A DNA stretch of 64,000 nucleotides from positions 1,696,001-1,760,000 of the forward strand of contig CBDCKW010000009.1 of the NCBI GenBank assembly GCA_965218435.1, read 5' to 3'. Made by a program: the position numbers and the translations under genes. Numbering within the stretch: position 1 is the first letter of the stretch; each line of letters opens with the position of its first letter. Below, one piece after another: positions 11,364 through 20,971 of this stretch. Origin of the DNA: Truepera sp. (GTDB lineage Bacteria > Deinococcota > Deinococci > Deinococcales > Trueperaceae). The notes under the pieces were generated by a model that was given only the letters and a program-made list of their open reading frames with translations, ran no database searches and was not told where the DNA came from.

Positions 11364-11392
11364 AGTATAAGTTTTGTACAAAAAAGCGTCAA
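11364..11392 (-). promoter_or_regulatory. Sigma70-type promoter of the urate/allantoin operon with a palindromic operator in the spacer
   Basis: Minus strand TTGACG-17nt-TATACT; perfect palindrome TTTTGTACAAAA at 11372-11383. Confidence 0.7.
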
Positions 11393-11517
11393 TGCGGCGG
11401 GCTATTCTGAAACAAGGCGAGAAATAATAGTGGCCAAACGGTACGAAGAATATAGAATTAAGAAGATGAAATTTAGAGCACCGGTATTTCTCTACCAGCG
11501 GGTTGGGCTAGCTTACG

Positions 11518-11799
11518 TCAGTCGGGCCACGCCCTTGTGCCGCCCGCCAGATGGTAGACGTGCGTAAATCCGGCGGCCTCGAGGTAGAGCCCCGCGAGTT
11601 CCGAAACCTGACCGCGTTCGCAGACGAGGTAAAGAGGCGTGTCTAACGCCAACTCGGGCAGCTCGCCCCGTTGCAAGGCGGTTAGCTCTAAAGGGCGGGG
11701 CTCGAGGCCGAATACCCGTTTGGGGACGGGCCGCACATCGAGGAGCACGCCCCCCACCGCTATTCCGGCGGCGAGTTCAGGTCCTGACACCGCTTCCAT
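11518..11799 (-). CDS. Rhodanese-like domain protein
   Basis: LLDVR, LVCERGQVS and HLAGGTRAW. Confidence 0.85.
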   Translation of the reverse strand: MEAVSGPELAAGIAVGGVLLDVRPVPKRVFGLEPRPLELTALQRGELPELALDTPLYLVCERGQVSELAGLYLEAAGFTHVYHLAGGTRAWPD

Positions 11800-11802
11800 C
11801 CG

Positions 11803-12720
11803 CTAGGAGGGCACCGACGGCCCCGCGACCGCCGACAACTCACGCGCTGCCACCGCCGCCGCCCCGATCACCCCGGCGTCGGTTCCGAGTTCAGCCAGTA
11901 GTAGCCGCACCGACGGGAACCCCACCGTAAAGCTGTCCGCCGCCGCCTTGATTTTGTCCAGGTAAAAGCTACCGGTTTGCATCATGCCGCCGCCGAGCAC
12001 AAATGCGTCGGGATCAAAAATCTTAAGGAGGTTGCTGAGCGCCAATCCGGTATACAGCGCGGCCTGGTCAACGACCCTGAGCGCCAGCCGCTCCCCCGCG
12101 CGTGCCCGCTCGAACACCTCAAAGGTCGTCATCAAGGTGCCGTAAGCGTGAGAGCCGTCCCTGGCAATCGCGCGGCCCGCAGCGACGGCTTCCAAGCAGC
12201 CGTACTGCCCGCAGCCGCAGAGCGGCCCGCCCGGTTCGACCGTGATATGACCGACCTCGCCAGCGACCCCGTACGCGCCCCGCACCACCTTGTCGCCGAC
12301 GAAGAGCCCGCCGCCGATGCCGGTCGAAACCGTGACGTAGATGCTGCTTTGCAGCGCCTTGGCCGCGCCGTAAAGGTGCTCGGCGTAACCAGCAGCGTTG
12401 GCGTCGTTTTCCAGGGCGACGTTGCGGCTCAGGCGCTCACCCAAATCGCCTGCGATGGGCACGTCCTCGAGCCCCGGAATGTTGGGCGCAAAGACAACTT
12501 TGCCCGCCCGCAGATCGAGCGGCCCCGGCGAGCCGAGCCCGACCCGGCTGATGTCCGGGTAGTCGTGGAGCAGAGGTTGCGCCGCCTCAGCGAGCGCACT
12601 TAAGACTGCGGGGTAGCCTGTACGCGGCGTCGGCAGCTGCTGCCGCGCGAGAATCTCTCCATTTTCGACCACGGCGGCTAAAACCTTCGTGCCGCCCAGG
12701 TCAATCCCTAGCGTTTTCAT
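11803..12720 (-). CDS. ROK family kinase (glucokinase-like)
   Basis: GIDLGGTK, ENDANAA, STGIGGG, GEVGH and CGCGQYGCLE. Confidence 0.9.
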   Translation of the reverse strand: MKTLGIDLGGTKVLAAVVENGEILARQQLPTPRTGYPAVLSALAEAAQPLLHDYPDISRVGLGSPGPLDLRAGKVVFAPNIPGLEDVPIAGDLGERLSRNVALENDANAAGYAEHLYGAAKALQSSIYVTVSTGIGGGLFVGDKVVRGAYGVAGEVGHITVEPGGPLCGCGQYGCLEAVAAGRAIARDGSHAYGTLMTTFEVFERARAGERLALRVVDQAALYTGLALSNLLKIFDPDAFVLGGGMMQTGSFYLDKIKAAADSFTVGFPSVRLLLAELGTDAGVIGAAAVAARELSAVAGPSVPS

Positions 12721-12793
12721 GCTGCTTACGCTATCACGGTAAGCCGAACCGGGCAGCGAAGAACGCTAAAGGTACATACAGTCAATGGTGAAG

Positions 12794-14275
12794 CTAACGC
12801 GGCCAAAACGCGGCTGCAGGAAAAGCGCAGAGACTAAGACGTGCGCTGCCCGACGCCGCTTTAGGAAGGTCTAAGGAGATCGCCTCGAGCCCTTCGTCCG
12901 GGTGTCCCTCCAAATATCCCCCGAGGTCTAAAAAAAACTCACCGGTGTTGGGAACGCGGGTGGTGCGGGCAATCCTGATCGGTTCGGTATGGTCCGGGTA
13001 ACGCAACCTAAACTCAAAACGCGTCAGGGTGCGGTCGTCGAACACGAGGTGCGCGTAGAGCCCATCCGCAGAGGCGTCCGGCACGTCCAGCAGCTTCGTC
13101 CAGCCTTTAGGCAAAGCCTCAAACTTACGCCGCGCCAAAGGGTTTGAGCACGCACCGTAAATGCTCGGCAGCACCTGCCGCAGCTCAGCGGCGAGGCTGG
13201 GCCGGTGTTGCCAGCTCATATAGAGCGTTTCCCACAGCAGGACCACCGGGGGATGTTGGCGGAAGTCATTTGAGCGCACATACGCGTCGAGCGAACCGTA
13301 AACGCCGCTGCCGGAGAAGGAGACGTTAAGGACCTCGAGCCCGAGCGACGCTTGCAAAAACCCACCGAAGTCAAGCTCCGGTTGGCCCTCCCCCCGGTGA
13401 CTGTTGCTGGTTCCGGCCAGGACGACGCGCGGCGTTTGGTCGGCAAAAAGCGCCTCACTAACAGGTTCTTGTGTCTTTTTAGGCCGCGTTTCAAACTGCG
13501 CGACGCGTTCACGTGGCCACGAACCGGGGCAGCGTGCTTGCGCCTGCCGCTGGAGCGTTCCCAGTTGCTTTCGGGGTGGACGTAACCGGGTCACGAAGCT
13601 TGTTTTGGGCAGCGGCCCCAGCTGCGTGCTTAGCTGCGTTTTGAGCTGGGCGGCGACCGCTTGGGCGACCGCTCGAGCCGCCCTCGGGGTCCAGTGATGG
13701 TCGCGCTTAAAAAAGAAACCTTCACCTTCTGAACGCGCTACCTCGAGCAGGTCGGGCGCGATAAAGCCTGCTGCTCGCAGCTGGGTTAAAAAGCTCTCGT
13801 AGCCGCGTACGGCGGCCTCGGGGTCGTAGCTGGCCAGCGCCGGATTTAGGTTCATATGGCGGTAGGCGACTGTGCCCCGCGTCGGCACGATGAGCGCAAC
13901 CGGCGTCACGCCTTTGGTTTTAAGCGCCGTGGCGATACGCTCCAGATAGCCCGGAACCGCCGCCGGTAACGCCAAACCGGTGATCAGGTCGGGCCGACCG
14001 AAAAGCCAGCCTTGACTTCCCGCCCAGATGGGCCGCACAGCAGCCTTTTCCGACGCAGCGCAGAGCCGCACGACATTTTGCTTCGGGGCATCTTTCTGTA
14101 CGGCATTTCTCTGGGCCGTATCATTCTGTGTAGTAGCTGTCTGTGTAGTAGCTGTCTGTACAGTATTTCTTTGGGCAGCATTTTGCAGCTTTGCGTCGGC
14201 CAGTGGAGCCGTCACGAGCACACTTAAAATAACGGTAACGAGTACGGCGGTCCACTGGGACAGCCTTACGCCCAC
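12794..14275 (-). CDS. AlgX/AlgJ-like SGNH polysaccharide O-acetyltransferase, exported, with C-terminal CBM-like domain
   Basis: Signal peptide, GSQGWLF, FFKRDHHWTPRAA (D-x-H), LAGTSNS and PVVLLWE motifs typical of AlgX. Confidence 0.8.
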   Translation of the reverse strand: MGVRLSQWTAVLVTVILSVLVTAPLADAKLQNAAQRNTVQTATTQTATTQNDTAQRNAVQKDAPKQNVVRLCAASEKAAVRPIWAGSQGWLFGRPDLITGLALPAAVPGYLERIATALKTKGVTPVALIVPTRGTVAYRHMNLNPALASYDPEAAVRGYESFLTQLRAAGFIAPDLLEVARSEGEGFFFKRDHHWTPRAARAVAQAVAAQLKTQLSTQLGPLPKTSFVTRLRPPRKQLGTLQRQAQARCPGSWPRERVAQFETRPKKTQEPVSEALFADQTPRVVLAGTSNSHRGEGQPELDFGGFLQASLGLEVLNVSFSGSGVYGSLDAYVRSNDFRQHPPVVLLWETLYMSWQHRPSLAAELRQVLPSIYGACSNPLARRKFEALPKGWTKLLDVPDASADGLYAHLVFDDRTLTRFEFRLRYPDHTEPIRIARTTRVPNTGEFFLDLGGYLEGHPDEGLEAISLDLPKAASGSARLSLCAFPAAAFWPR

Positions 14276-14529
14276 AGTGACCTCCCTACGTCCACAGCTT
14301 CAAAACGAATAGGGACGAACATATGTACTTGAATATACCCAGGATTTAGGCAACGACGCCACTGCAGCTCGAGACAGACAGCTAGAGAAACTGGCCATAG
14401 CCGACCCTAACGTTTACCAACCTTTACTTTTGTGTCCATAACCTATGAAGCTCTATTGACATTGTTCTGTTGACTTTTTGGAATCAGCTCGAGCGTGTTC
14501 CAACGCCGCTCGACATCCCCTCTCTCGTC

Positions 14530-14559
14530 TTGACAAACTAACGTAATTAGTTATAGACT
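14530..14559 (+). promoter_or_regulatory. Promoter with TetR-type operator
   Basis: TTGACA at 14530, TAGACT at 14554, and inverted repeat AACTAA-N5-TTAGTT at 14536-14552 upstream of an operon ending in a TetR gene. Confidence 0.65.
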
Positions 14560-14577
14560 AACGATGTGAGCAAGGAG

Positions 14578-14748
14578 ATGTATATGAAGATGAATTCGGT
14601 AACCACGTATTTGCGTTTAGAAGGCGGAGGGGTGTTCGCGCTCAGCATCGGCGCAGATCATCTCTTAGGGTACGGCCTCAAACGGCCCACAGCGTTCCGT
14701 GATACCCATCTCAGCCAACAGCAGCCCGATAAGGTCGTGCCGGCATGA
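14578..14748 (+). pseudogene. Internally deleted DUF4260-family membrane protein
   Basis: N-terminal YLRLEGGGVFALS is joined directly to C-terminal IGADHLLGYGLKRPTAFRDTHL; the central transmembrane segments are missing. Confidence 0.7.
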
Positions 14749-15635
14749 CCACTACGCCGCACGCTTCTAAAACCGACTTTTTGTCCGAGGTTCCAATTAT
14801 GACGTCCACCGAGCTTCCTCAACCGGCAATCACCCAGTTTTTTCAGCGGCCGGACGGTGTACTCGCCTACGACGACCAGGGCAGCGGTCCATTGATTGTG
14901 GCTGTGCCGGGTGTCGGTGATCTCCGGCGAAGCTACCGCTGGCTCACTCCTCGGCTGGTGGCCGCCGGTTATCGGGTGGTGACCCTCGACCCGCGCGGCC
15001 AGGGCGAATCGAGCGCCCGCTGGCCCGACTATTCTCCGGGGGCCATCGGTGACGACATCAGCGCCTTTATCAAATATCTGGACAGCGGCCCCGCCGTGGT
15101 GATCGGCAATTCCTACAGTGGCGGTGCAGCCGTCCAGACGGCCAGCAAGACGCCGTCCCTGGTGGCGCACCTGATCTTGATTGGTGCGTTCGTTCGCGAT
15201 CCGAAGACCACGGCCCTGCAAAACCTGATGCTGGGCGTGATGTTCAATGGCCCCTGGAAAGTCAACGCCTGGCTGATGTACTTCGGAACGCTCTTCAAAG
15301 GCGGGAAACCCAGCGACGACGTGGCTTACCGAGCGCGCCTGAGTGCGAACCTGCGCGAGCCGGGACGGTTCGCCGCCCTGAAAGCGATGCTGGGAGAAAC
15401 CCGCGCGCCCATCGAGGCGCAACTCGGTGAGGTCCAAACGCCAACCCTGGTGATAATGGGCAGCGCCGATCCTGATTTCTCCGATCCGGCAGGTGAGGCC
15501 GTTTTCATCGCCGGAGCACTACACGGGGAAAAAGTGTTGCTGGATGGGGCCGGACACTATCCCCAAGCCGAACGCCCGAACGTGACGGCGGACGCGATTC
15601 TCAGCTTCCTCGCGGCGCACTCCGATGGCGGCTAG
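14745..15635 (+). CDS. Alpha/beta fold hydrolase (true start possibly ATG 14799)
   Basis: DPRGQGES, GNSYSG nucleophile elbow and GAGHYP. Confidence 0.9.
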   Translation: MTTTPHASKTDFLSEVPIMTSTELPQPAITQFFQRPDGVLAYDDQGSGPLIVAVPGVGDLRRSYRWLTPRLVAAGYRVVTLDPRGQGESSARWPDYSPGAIGDDISAFIKYLDSGPAVVIGNSYSGGAAVQTASKTPSLVAHLILIGAFVRDPKTTALQNLMLGVMFNGPWKVNAWLMYFGTLFKGGKPSDDVAYRARLSANLREPGRFAALKAMLGETRAPIEAQLGEVQTPTLVIMGSADPDFSDPAGEAVFIAGALHGEKVLLDGAGHYPQAERPNVTADAILSFLAAHSDGG

Positions 15636-16233
15636 ACCTGGGTTGGACACGGCCCAGATTATCGGCGCGGCGGCGGAGCTGGCCGACACGGTGGGCCTTT
15701 ATAACTTCACGCTCAAGGAGCTGGCAGAAAAGCTCAAAGTCAAGACCCCGTCGCTGTACAACCATGTTTCCAGTCTGGACGCCGTTCACCGAGGCCTCAC
15801 CCTACGTGCGTTGCAAGACCTTGCGAACAGTATGCGCGCCAGCGCCGTGGGGTTGGGAGGGGTAGACGCCTTGCAGGGTATCGCCTACGCCGAACGAGAC
15901 TACGCCCACCATCATCCAGGCTTGTTTGCGGCCATCCAACGTACTACCGAGGATCAGGATGAGGAATTACGTTTGGCCGCACACGTCCTGCTCGACATCG
16001 TGCTGGCGGTGCTACGCGGTTACCAGCTCGAGGCTGAGGCCGGCGTCCATGCCGCCCGTGCGTTGCGGGCGGCCCTGACGGGCTTCGTACTGCTGGAATC
16101 CAAGCATGGGTTTGGCTTGCCAACGGAGGTGGATCAAAGTTTCGAGTGGTTGATCGTGATGCTCGATGCCGGGCTGAGGGCGTCCAGAACGCCTGACCTT
16201 GCTCTAACTTCGGGTGAGCCGACCCGGTTCTGA
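15625..16233 (+). CDS. TetR family regulator (WHG-type C-terminal domain)
   Basis: LAEKLKVKTPSLYNHV HTH; ALTGFVLLE...GFGLP. Confidence 0.9.
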   Translation: MAARPGLDTAQIIGAAAELADTVGLYNFTLKELAEKLKVKTPSLYNHVSSLDAVHRGLTLRALQDLANSMRASAVGLGGVDALQGIAYAERDYAHHHPGLFAAIQRTTEDQDEELRLAAHVLLDIVLAVLRGYQLEAEAGVHAARALRAALTGFVLLESKHGFGLPTEVDQSFEWLIVMLDAGLRASRTPDLALTSGEPTRF

Positions 16234-16256
16234 TGACAGCTCCGTCATCAGAACCG
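16225..16256 (+). terminator. 13-bp perfect hairpin at the tetR stop
   Basis: CGGTTCTGATGAC-AGCTCC-GTCATCAGAACCG; no U-tract. Confidence 0.5.
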
Positions 16257-16561
16257 TAGTAACGAGTTGCACTTTGTCCACCTGTTAACCCTGCCAGAAA
16301 GACTTGAACCGCTTGTCAGCTCAGTGTAACGAACCGTATGTTGAAGGTTCTCAACAAAAGCCAAAGACGAAAGTAACTATCAGCAGAGCTCACCTGCGAA
16401 CAGGACAAGGACAGCCAAAGCAAAGATAGCTGACAACGACAAACCGGTTTAGCTCAGCTTTCCCAGTCCACACGCACCGAACATGATTAGCAACACAGCG
16501 TAGTCGGTAGGCTTTACCATGTTTAACTACCGCCGCCGCATTCCGAGTACGCTTAACGCCT

Positions 16562-17578
16562 ATGACTGACGCTGCCTCCTATTCAATCCCGAATTATTCG
16601 AAACCGCTCCCCAACCCCGGTATCCGCGTTAAAAATCTGCAGGGGTGCGCCGATGAGAGCTGGGAGGGGCAAAAGCAGCACGTCTGGGTAGACGTTGAAG
16701 CGCCGACGCCGGAACAGCTCGGGGCGCTCAAAGCGCAGTTTGTTTTTAACCCGCTGGCGTTAGAAGACGTGGTGGCAACAGACCACTGGAGCCGCTTTGA
16801 ACGCTATCCCGAGCACCTCTTTTTAATCTTTCGCACGCTGGCCGAACCCGAGCAGCTGAGTGAGCAAACCTAGGAGCTGGACGTTTTTTGGTTTCCTGAA
16901 CAGCACGCACTCATTACCTTTCGTGATGAGCCGGTCAGCTACTTAGAAAGCGTTTGGAACGACCTCACGACCTTTTCGCAGCGGACCCCGGTGGAGATTC
17001 TTTACGACCTGCTGCAGCGCGGCACCGAGACATTTTTTACATTTTTAGACGGGCTCGAGAGCCGCACCGAAGAGCTCGAGCAGCGCCTGTTTACGGGTTC
17101 ACCCGAACGCCGGAGTGAACCGCGGGAGGTCCGCGCCAAACACCTGTATCAAGAAATCTTTGCTATTAGACGAGCCCTTAACACAACCCGCAAACGCGTG
17201 TTTAGCGCCCGTGAATACGTCACCCAGTTCTCTCGCTACACCGCCGAGGTCTCCCCGGAGGGCGGTATCTATCTGCGCGACGTCGCTGACCATCTTTCCC
17301 GGGTCTATAGCGGCCTAGACGCGGCTCGTGACATTTTAGGCGGACTTTTAGAGGTCTACCTCAACGTCGAAAATCAGCGTCTCAACGAGGTTATCCGCAC
17401 CCTGACAACCGTTTCGACGATCTTTTTACCGCTGACGTTTTTGGCCGGTGTCTGGGGGATGAATTTTAGGTTTCAGCCGGAGTACGGCTGGCCCTACGGT
17501 TACCCGCTCGCATGGGCGCTGTTTATCCTGATCAGCGTGTTGCTGCTCTGGTACTTTAAGCGCAAAAGGTGGTGGTAA
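16562..17578 (+). pseudogene. corA: CorA-family Mg/Co transporter interrupted by an in-frame TAG at 16871-16873
   Basis: WVDVEAP, NPLALEDV and later NQRLNEVIRTLT...GVWGMNF. ORFs 16562 and 16991 are in the same frame with a single TAG between them. Confidence 0.85.
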
Positions 17579-17765
17579 AATCCTTTTTACAAGCCTTTTA
17601 TTCCAAGCTAGCATAGTTTCTGCTTCTGTCCTTTGTAAGCGCGTAAGAGACGCTGTACTGTTTGGTCAAGCCACCGCCGACCGGCTTACGACTCCTTTTA
17701 CGCACCACGCTGCAGACGCTCCCAGCCGAGTTTAGCAGGTCAATAAAATCCGGCTGCCCCCGAGC

Positions 17766-19037
17766 TCAACCCTGGCCTTTTCGCGCCGCAAACGCTGCCA
17801 ACCGCTCCCGTACGCGGCTCTCCCAGCCCTCGCCGTCGGCTGTGTAATACTCACCCCGCACTTCAGCCGGTAGATACGCCTGCCGAAAGCTCGAGTCCGG
17901 GTCGTCGAAGTAGTAGCGGTAACCCTCGCCGTAGCCGAGGCGTTTCATCAGGCCGGTGGGCGCGTTACGCAGGTGCAGCGGCACCGCGGCTGCGGAGAAC
18001 GTTTCAGCGTCACGTCTCGCGGCTTTCCAGGCCGTATAAACCGCGTTGGATTTGGGCGCGACAGCAAGATACACCGCAGCTTCGGCGAGCGCGAGTTCAC
18101 CTTCGGGAACCCCTAAAAACTGCGCGGCGTCACGGGCCGCGAGCGCCAGCCGCAAGGCGTTCGGGTCGGCGAGCCCAACATCTTCAGAAGCGATCCGCAC
18201 GAGCCGACGGGCAACGTACATGAGGTCGGCCCCGCCGGTTAAGAGCCGCGCGAGCCAGTAGAGCGCCGCGTCGGGGTCGCAGCCGCGGATGGACTTATGC
18301 AGGGCGCTCGTCAGGTTATAGAAATGCTCACCGCCTTTGTCGAAGGCCAAGCCTTTGGCCTGCAGCGCAGCCTTGACTTGGGGCGCGTCCAGCACCCCGG
18401 CCTCGGCGTAAGGTGCGGCGGTCTCGAGCGCCCCCAACGCGCGTCGCCCGTCCCCGTCGGCCCAAGCCGCGAGCATAGCGAGAGCTTCAGGCGTCACGGC
18501 CAAGGCTCCGGCAAACCCGTCCGGGTGAATGAGCGCACGTTCCAGCATGAGTATCAGTTCAGCGTCACCCAGCGCGTTTAAGACGAACAGCTGCAACCTC
18601 GAGCGGAGCGCCCCGTTCACCTCAAACGACGGGTTCTCGGTCGTTGCGCCGATAAAGAGCAGCGTCCCGTCTTCGACAAAGGGCAACAGCAAATCTTGCT
18701 GCGCCTTGTTAAAGCGGTGAACTTCGTCTAAAAAGAGCAGCGTCGCTTGGCCCCTATCCCGCGCCGCGCCCGCCTCCGCCGCCACCACGCGCACCTCTTT
18801 AACCCCCGCGGTTACCGCTGAGAGCTTGATAAAACGTGCGCCGCTGGCCTCGGCTAAAAGCTGCGCCAGCGTCGTTTTGCCGACGCCGGGAGGTCCCCAG
18901 AGCAGGAGCGAACGCAAATTATGGTGCGTGACAGCAATAGTAAGAGGTTTGTCCGGGCCGAGCAGGTGCGTCTGACCGACAAATTCAGCTAGCGTGCGGG
19001 GCCGGACGCGTTCAGCTAGGGGAGCGGTAGAGATCAC
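17766..19037 (-). CDS. rarA: Replication-associated recombination protein A (MgsA/RarA)
   Basis: [47 protein letters not shown] and [10 protein letters not shown]. Confidence 0.95.
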   Translation of the reverse strand: MISTAPLAERVRPRTLAEFVGQTHLLGPDKPLTIAVTHHNLRSLLLWGPPGVGKTTLAQLLAEASGARFIKLSAVTAGVKEVRVVAAEAGAARDRGQATLLFLDEVHRFNKAQQDLLLPFVEDGTLLFIGATTENPSFEVNGALRSRLQLFVLNALGDAELILMLERALIHPDGFAGALAVTPEALAMLAAWADGDGRRALGALETAAPYAEAGVLDAPQVKAALQAKGLAFDKGGEHFYNLTSALHKSIRGCDPDAALYWLARLLTGGADLMYVARRLVRIASEDVGLADPNALRLALAARDAAQFLGVPEGELALAEAAVYLAVAPKSNAVYTAWKAARRDAETFSAAAVPLHLRNAPTGLMKRLGYGEGYRYYFDDPDSSFRQAYLPAEVRGEYYTADGEGWESRVRERLAAFAARKGQG

Positions 19038-19153
19038 GGCTCGAGTCTATCACGCGGTGTCGGGCAACTTGATACGCCTACACTCAGGTTTTGTATAAAG
19101 TGTGACATAGTTGTAAGACGCTCGGGGCTATAGTTGGAGGGTGAGGTGGCAAG

Positions 19154-19582
19154 ATGTATAAACTTTTTACCCCGTCCCAGGCAACCGAACTTATCGGCGT
19201 CGTGGACCCGATGCTCCGCGACCTGCAAGGGGCACTGAAAGACGTGCAGCGGTTGCAGCAAGAACGTGCTGCGCTGCGTCCGGACAGCCTGCGCGCGCAG
19301 CAGCTGGCCGCCGAACTCAAGTTCGTCATCGAAAGTGCGCAGCTGACGAAAGGCGAACTCGACCGTTTGGGGGTCTTCGTTAAGGACCTTGAAAAAGGCG
19401 TCGTGGACTTTCCCGGTAAGCTCGGCGCGGAGGTCGTTTACCTCTGCTGGGCGCAGGGTGAAGACGCTGTCACACATTATCACGCGCTCAGCCAAGAGGT
19501 AAAAGAGCGGCAACCCTTGCCGCCAACCGGCACACAAACCGGGACGCAAAGTTCGGCACTTTTGGGGGCGGCGCAGGCTTAA
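19154..19582 (+). CDS. DUF2203-family protein
   Basis: FTPSQATELI, VKDLEKGVVDFP and VYLCWAQGE...YH; RBS GAGGTGG. Confidence 0.8.
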   Translation: MYKLFTPSQATELIGVVDPMLRDLQGALKDVQRLQQERAALRPDSLRAQQLAAELKFVIESAQLTKGELDRLGVFVKDLEKGVVDFPGKLGAEVVYLCWAQGEDAVTHYHALSQEVKERQPLPPTGTQTGTQSSALLGAAQA

Positions 19583-19645
19583 CCACGTGCGTCACACTTA
19601 AAGGTTAACTTTGTAGCGTAATCTTGACCCGGAGGTGGTGCGAAG

Positions 19646-20608
19646 ATGATTAAACGGCTTAAGCCGCAGCTCGTCGCCGGGACGCTGCTGGCAGTTTTTC
19701 TGATAGTAGTTTTTCCGGCACCGGTCGCGGCGCAGAACGCGCCCTTTTACGACCTGCCTGAAAACCACTGGGCGTACAACTCGGTTCGTGAACTTGCCAA
19801 CCTAGGTATCTTGACCGGTTACCCGGACGGGCGTTTTGACGGTACCCGCGCGGCCACTCGTTACGAAGTGTCGGTGATCGCGGCGCGGCTTTTAGAATAC
19901 GCGAGCGGCAACATCCCGACGAGTGGCGGCACCGCGGCGGCGCTCTCTAAACGTTTAGGAACCGTCGAAAATGCCCTGCGCAACGCGACGGCACTCGCCT
20001 ACACGCAGCGCCTCGAGACGCGCATCTCCGCGCTCGAGACTGCCCTCAACATTCAGAGCCCACCACCCTCAGTGCCGGAGGCGGCAGCATCTTCGGCAGC
20101 CGAAGATGCTGCCCTTACCCCCAGCACGCCCAGCGGAAAGGGCAACACGTCGCCGACAAAAGACTCGCTGACCGGACTCAGACTCGTTGACATCCGTTTT
20201 AGCGTTCGCCCCGACTACCCCTTTTATGTCGGCATTTCGCCCGGGGTCATCTCGACTGCCGGTGACGTCTACCTAGGTGTCCAAGCCGGTTACGACGGCC
20301 TTATCGGGCCTCTGGGACCCGTGACGCGGCTGACCTTTAACGGCGGCAACCGCGAACTGCGGTTTAGCGCCGACGTGCTGGCAAAAGCCGAACTGCCGGT
20401 CAACGAACTCCGCGTCTACGGCGGTTTAGGTTTAGGCGGTACGATGCGGCCCGAGGGTAACTCGCTCTTGCTCGAGGCTCCCTTCGGCGGCGAGTACGCC
20501 CTTACCCCCCGCGTCGGGCTGTTCGTTCAGCTCATTACCTCCTACGGCTTCGCGCCTGTTAGCAACATTGACGCCGAACTCTCGAGCGGTATCAACTTGC
20601 GTTTTTGA
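19646..20608 (+). CDS. SLH-domain outer-membrane protein (signal peptide, SLH, coiled coil, small beta-barrel)
   Basis: FYDLPENHWAY...GILTGYPDGRFDGTRAATRYE; alternating beta-strand pattern and C-terminal Phe (INLRF). Confidence 0.8.
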   Translation: MIKRLKPQLVAGTLLAVFLIVVFPAPVAAQNAPFYDLPENHWAYNSVRELANLGILTGYPDGRFDGTRAATRYEVSVIAARLLEYASGNIPTSGGTAAALSKRLGTVENALRNATALAYTQRLETRISALETALNIQSPPPSVPEAAASSAAEDAALTPSTPSGKGNTSPTKDSLTGLRLVDIRFSVRPDYPFYVGISPGVISTAGDVYLGVQAGYDGLIGPLGPVTRLTFNGGNRELRFSADVLAKAELPVNELRVYGGLGLGGTMRPEGNSLLLEAPFGGEYALTPRVGLFVQLITSYGFAPVSNIDAELSSGINLRF

Positions 20609-20632
20609 GCTAAACCTGCAGCCTGATCTTTG

Positions 20633-20660
20633 GGTCTCCCCTTACCGGGAGGCTTTTTCT
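20633..20660 (+). terminator. Intrinsic terminator
   Basis: GGTCTCCC-CTTACC-GGGAGGCT followed by TTTTCTT. Confidence 0.6.
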
Positions 20661-20971
20661 TTGCTTTGGCAGTTCACGCCTAAACCCAACGCCTCAAAAG
20701 CCTAAACAGTACATTGAGGTTCCGCCAGGGGGTACAAATACGGTTAGCAGTCCCTCTCAACGTTGCTACACTTTTTCGCAGATTTCATTACCGAAAATGC
20801 TTGCTAGACGATGTTCTTTTCGGTAAGAGTGTAGCAAACCAGATGATGCTTGCTGGGTTTTGGTCTCACACGGTTTTGTGATAGGTGCAGCGGCAGGCGT
20901 TTTGCTGTAAGAGGGAGAAACGGCTATTTTTAGACCTCTAAGAAGCGGGCAGTTCGAGTTTGTGAGAATGG

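Noticed and set aside
14658..15437. 259-aa minus-strand ORF
   Set aside because: Antisense shadow of the alpha/beta hydrolase, with no motifs. The same applies to other long antisense ORFs such as 11977..12603 and 46999..47547.
16871..16873. Pyrrolysine or genome-wide amber recoding
   Set aside because: TAG terminates several intact genes here (e.g. pta, folP-region neighbours aside, the dockerin gene) and no pyl genes are visible.
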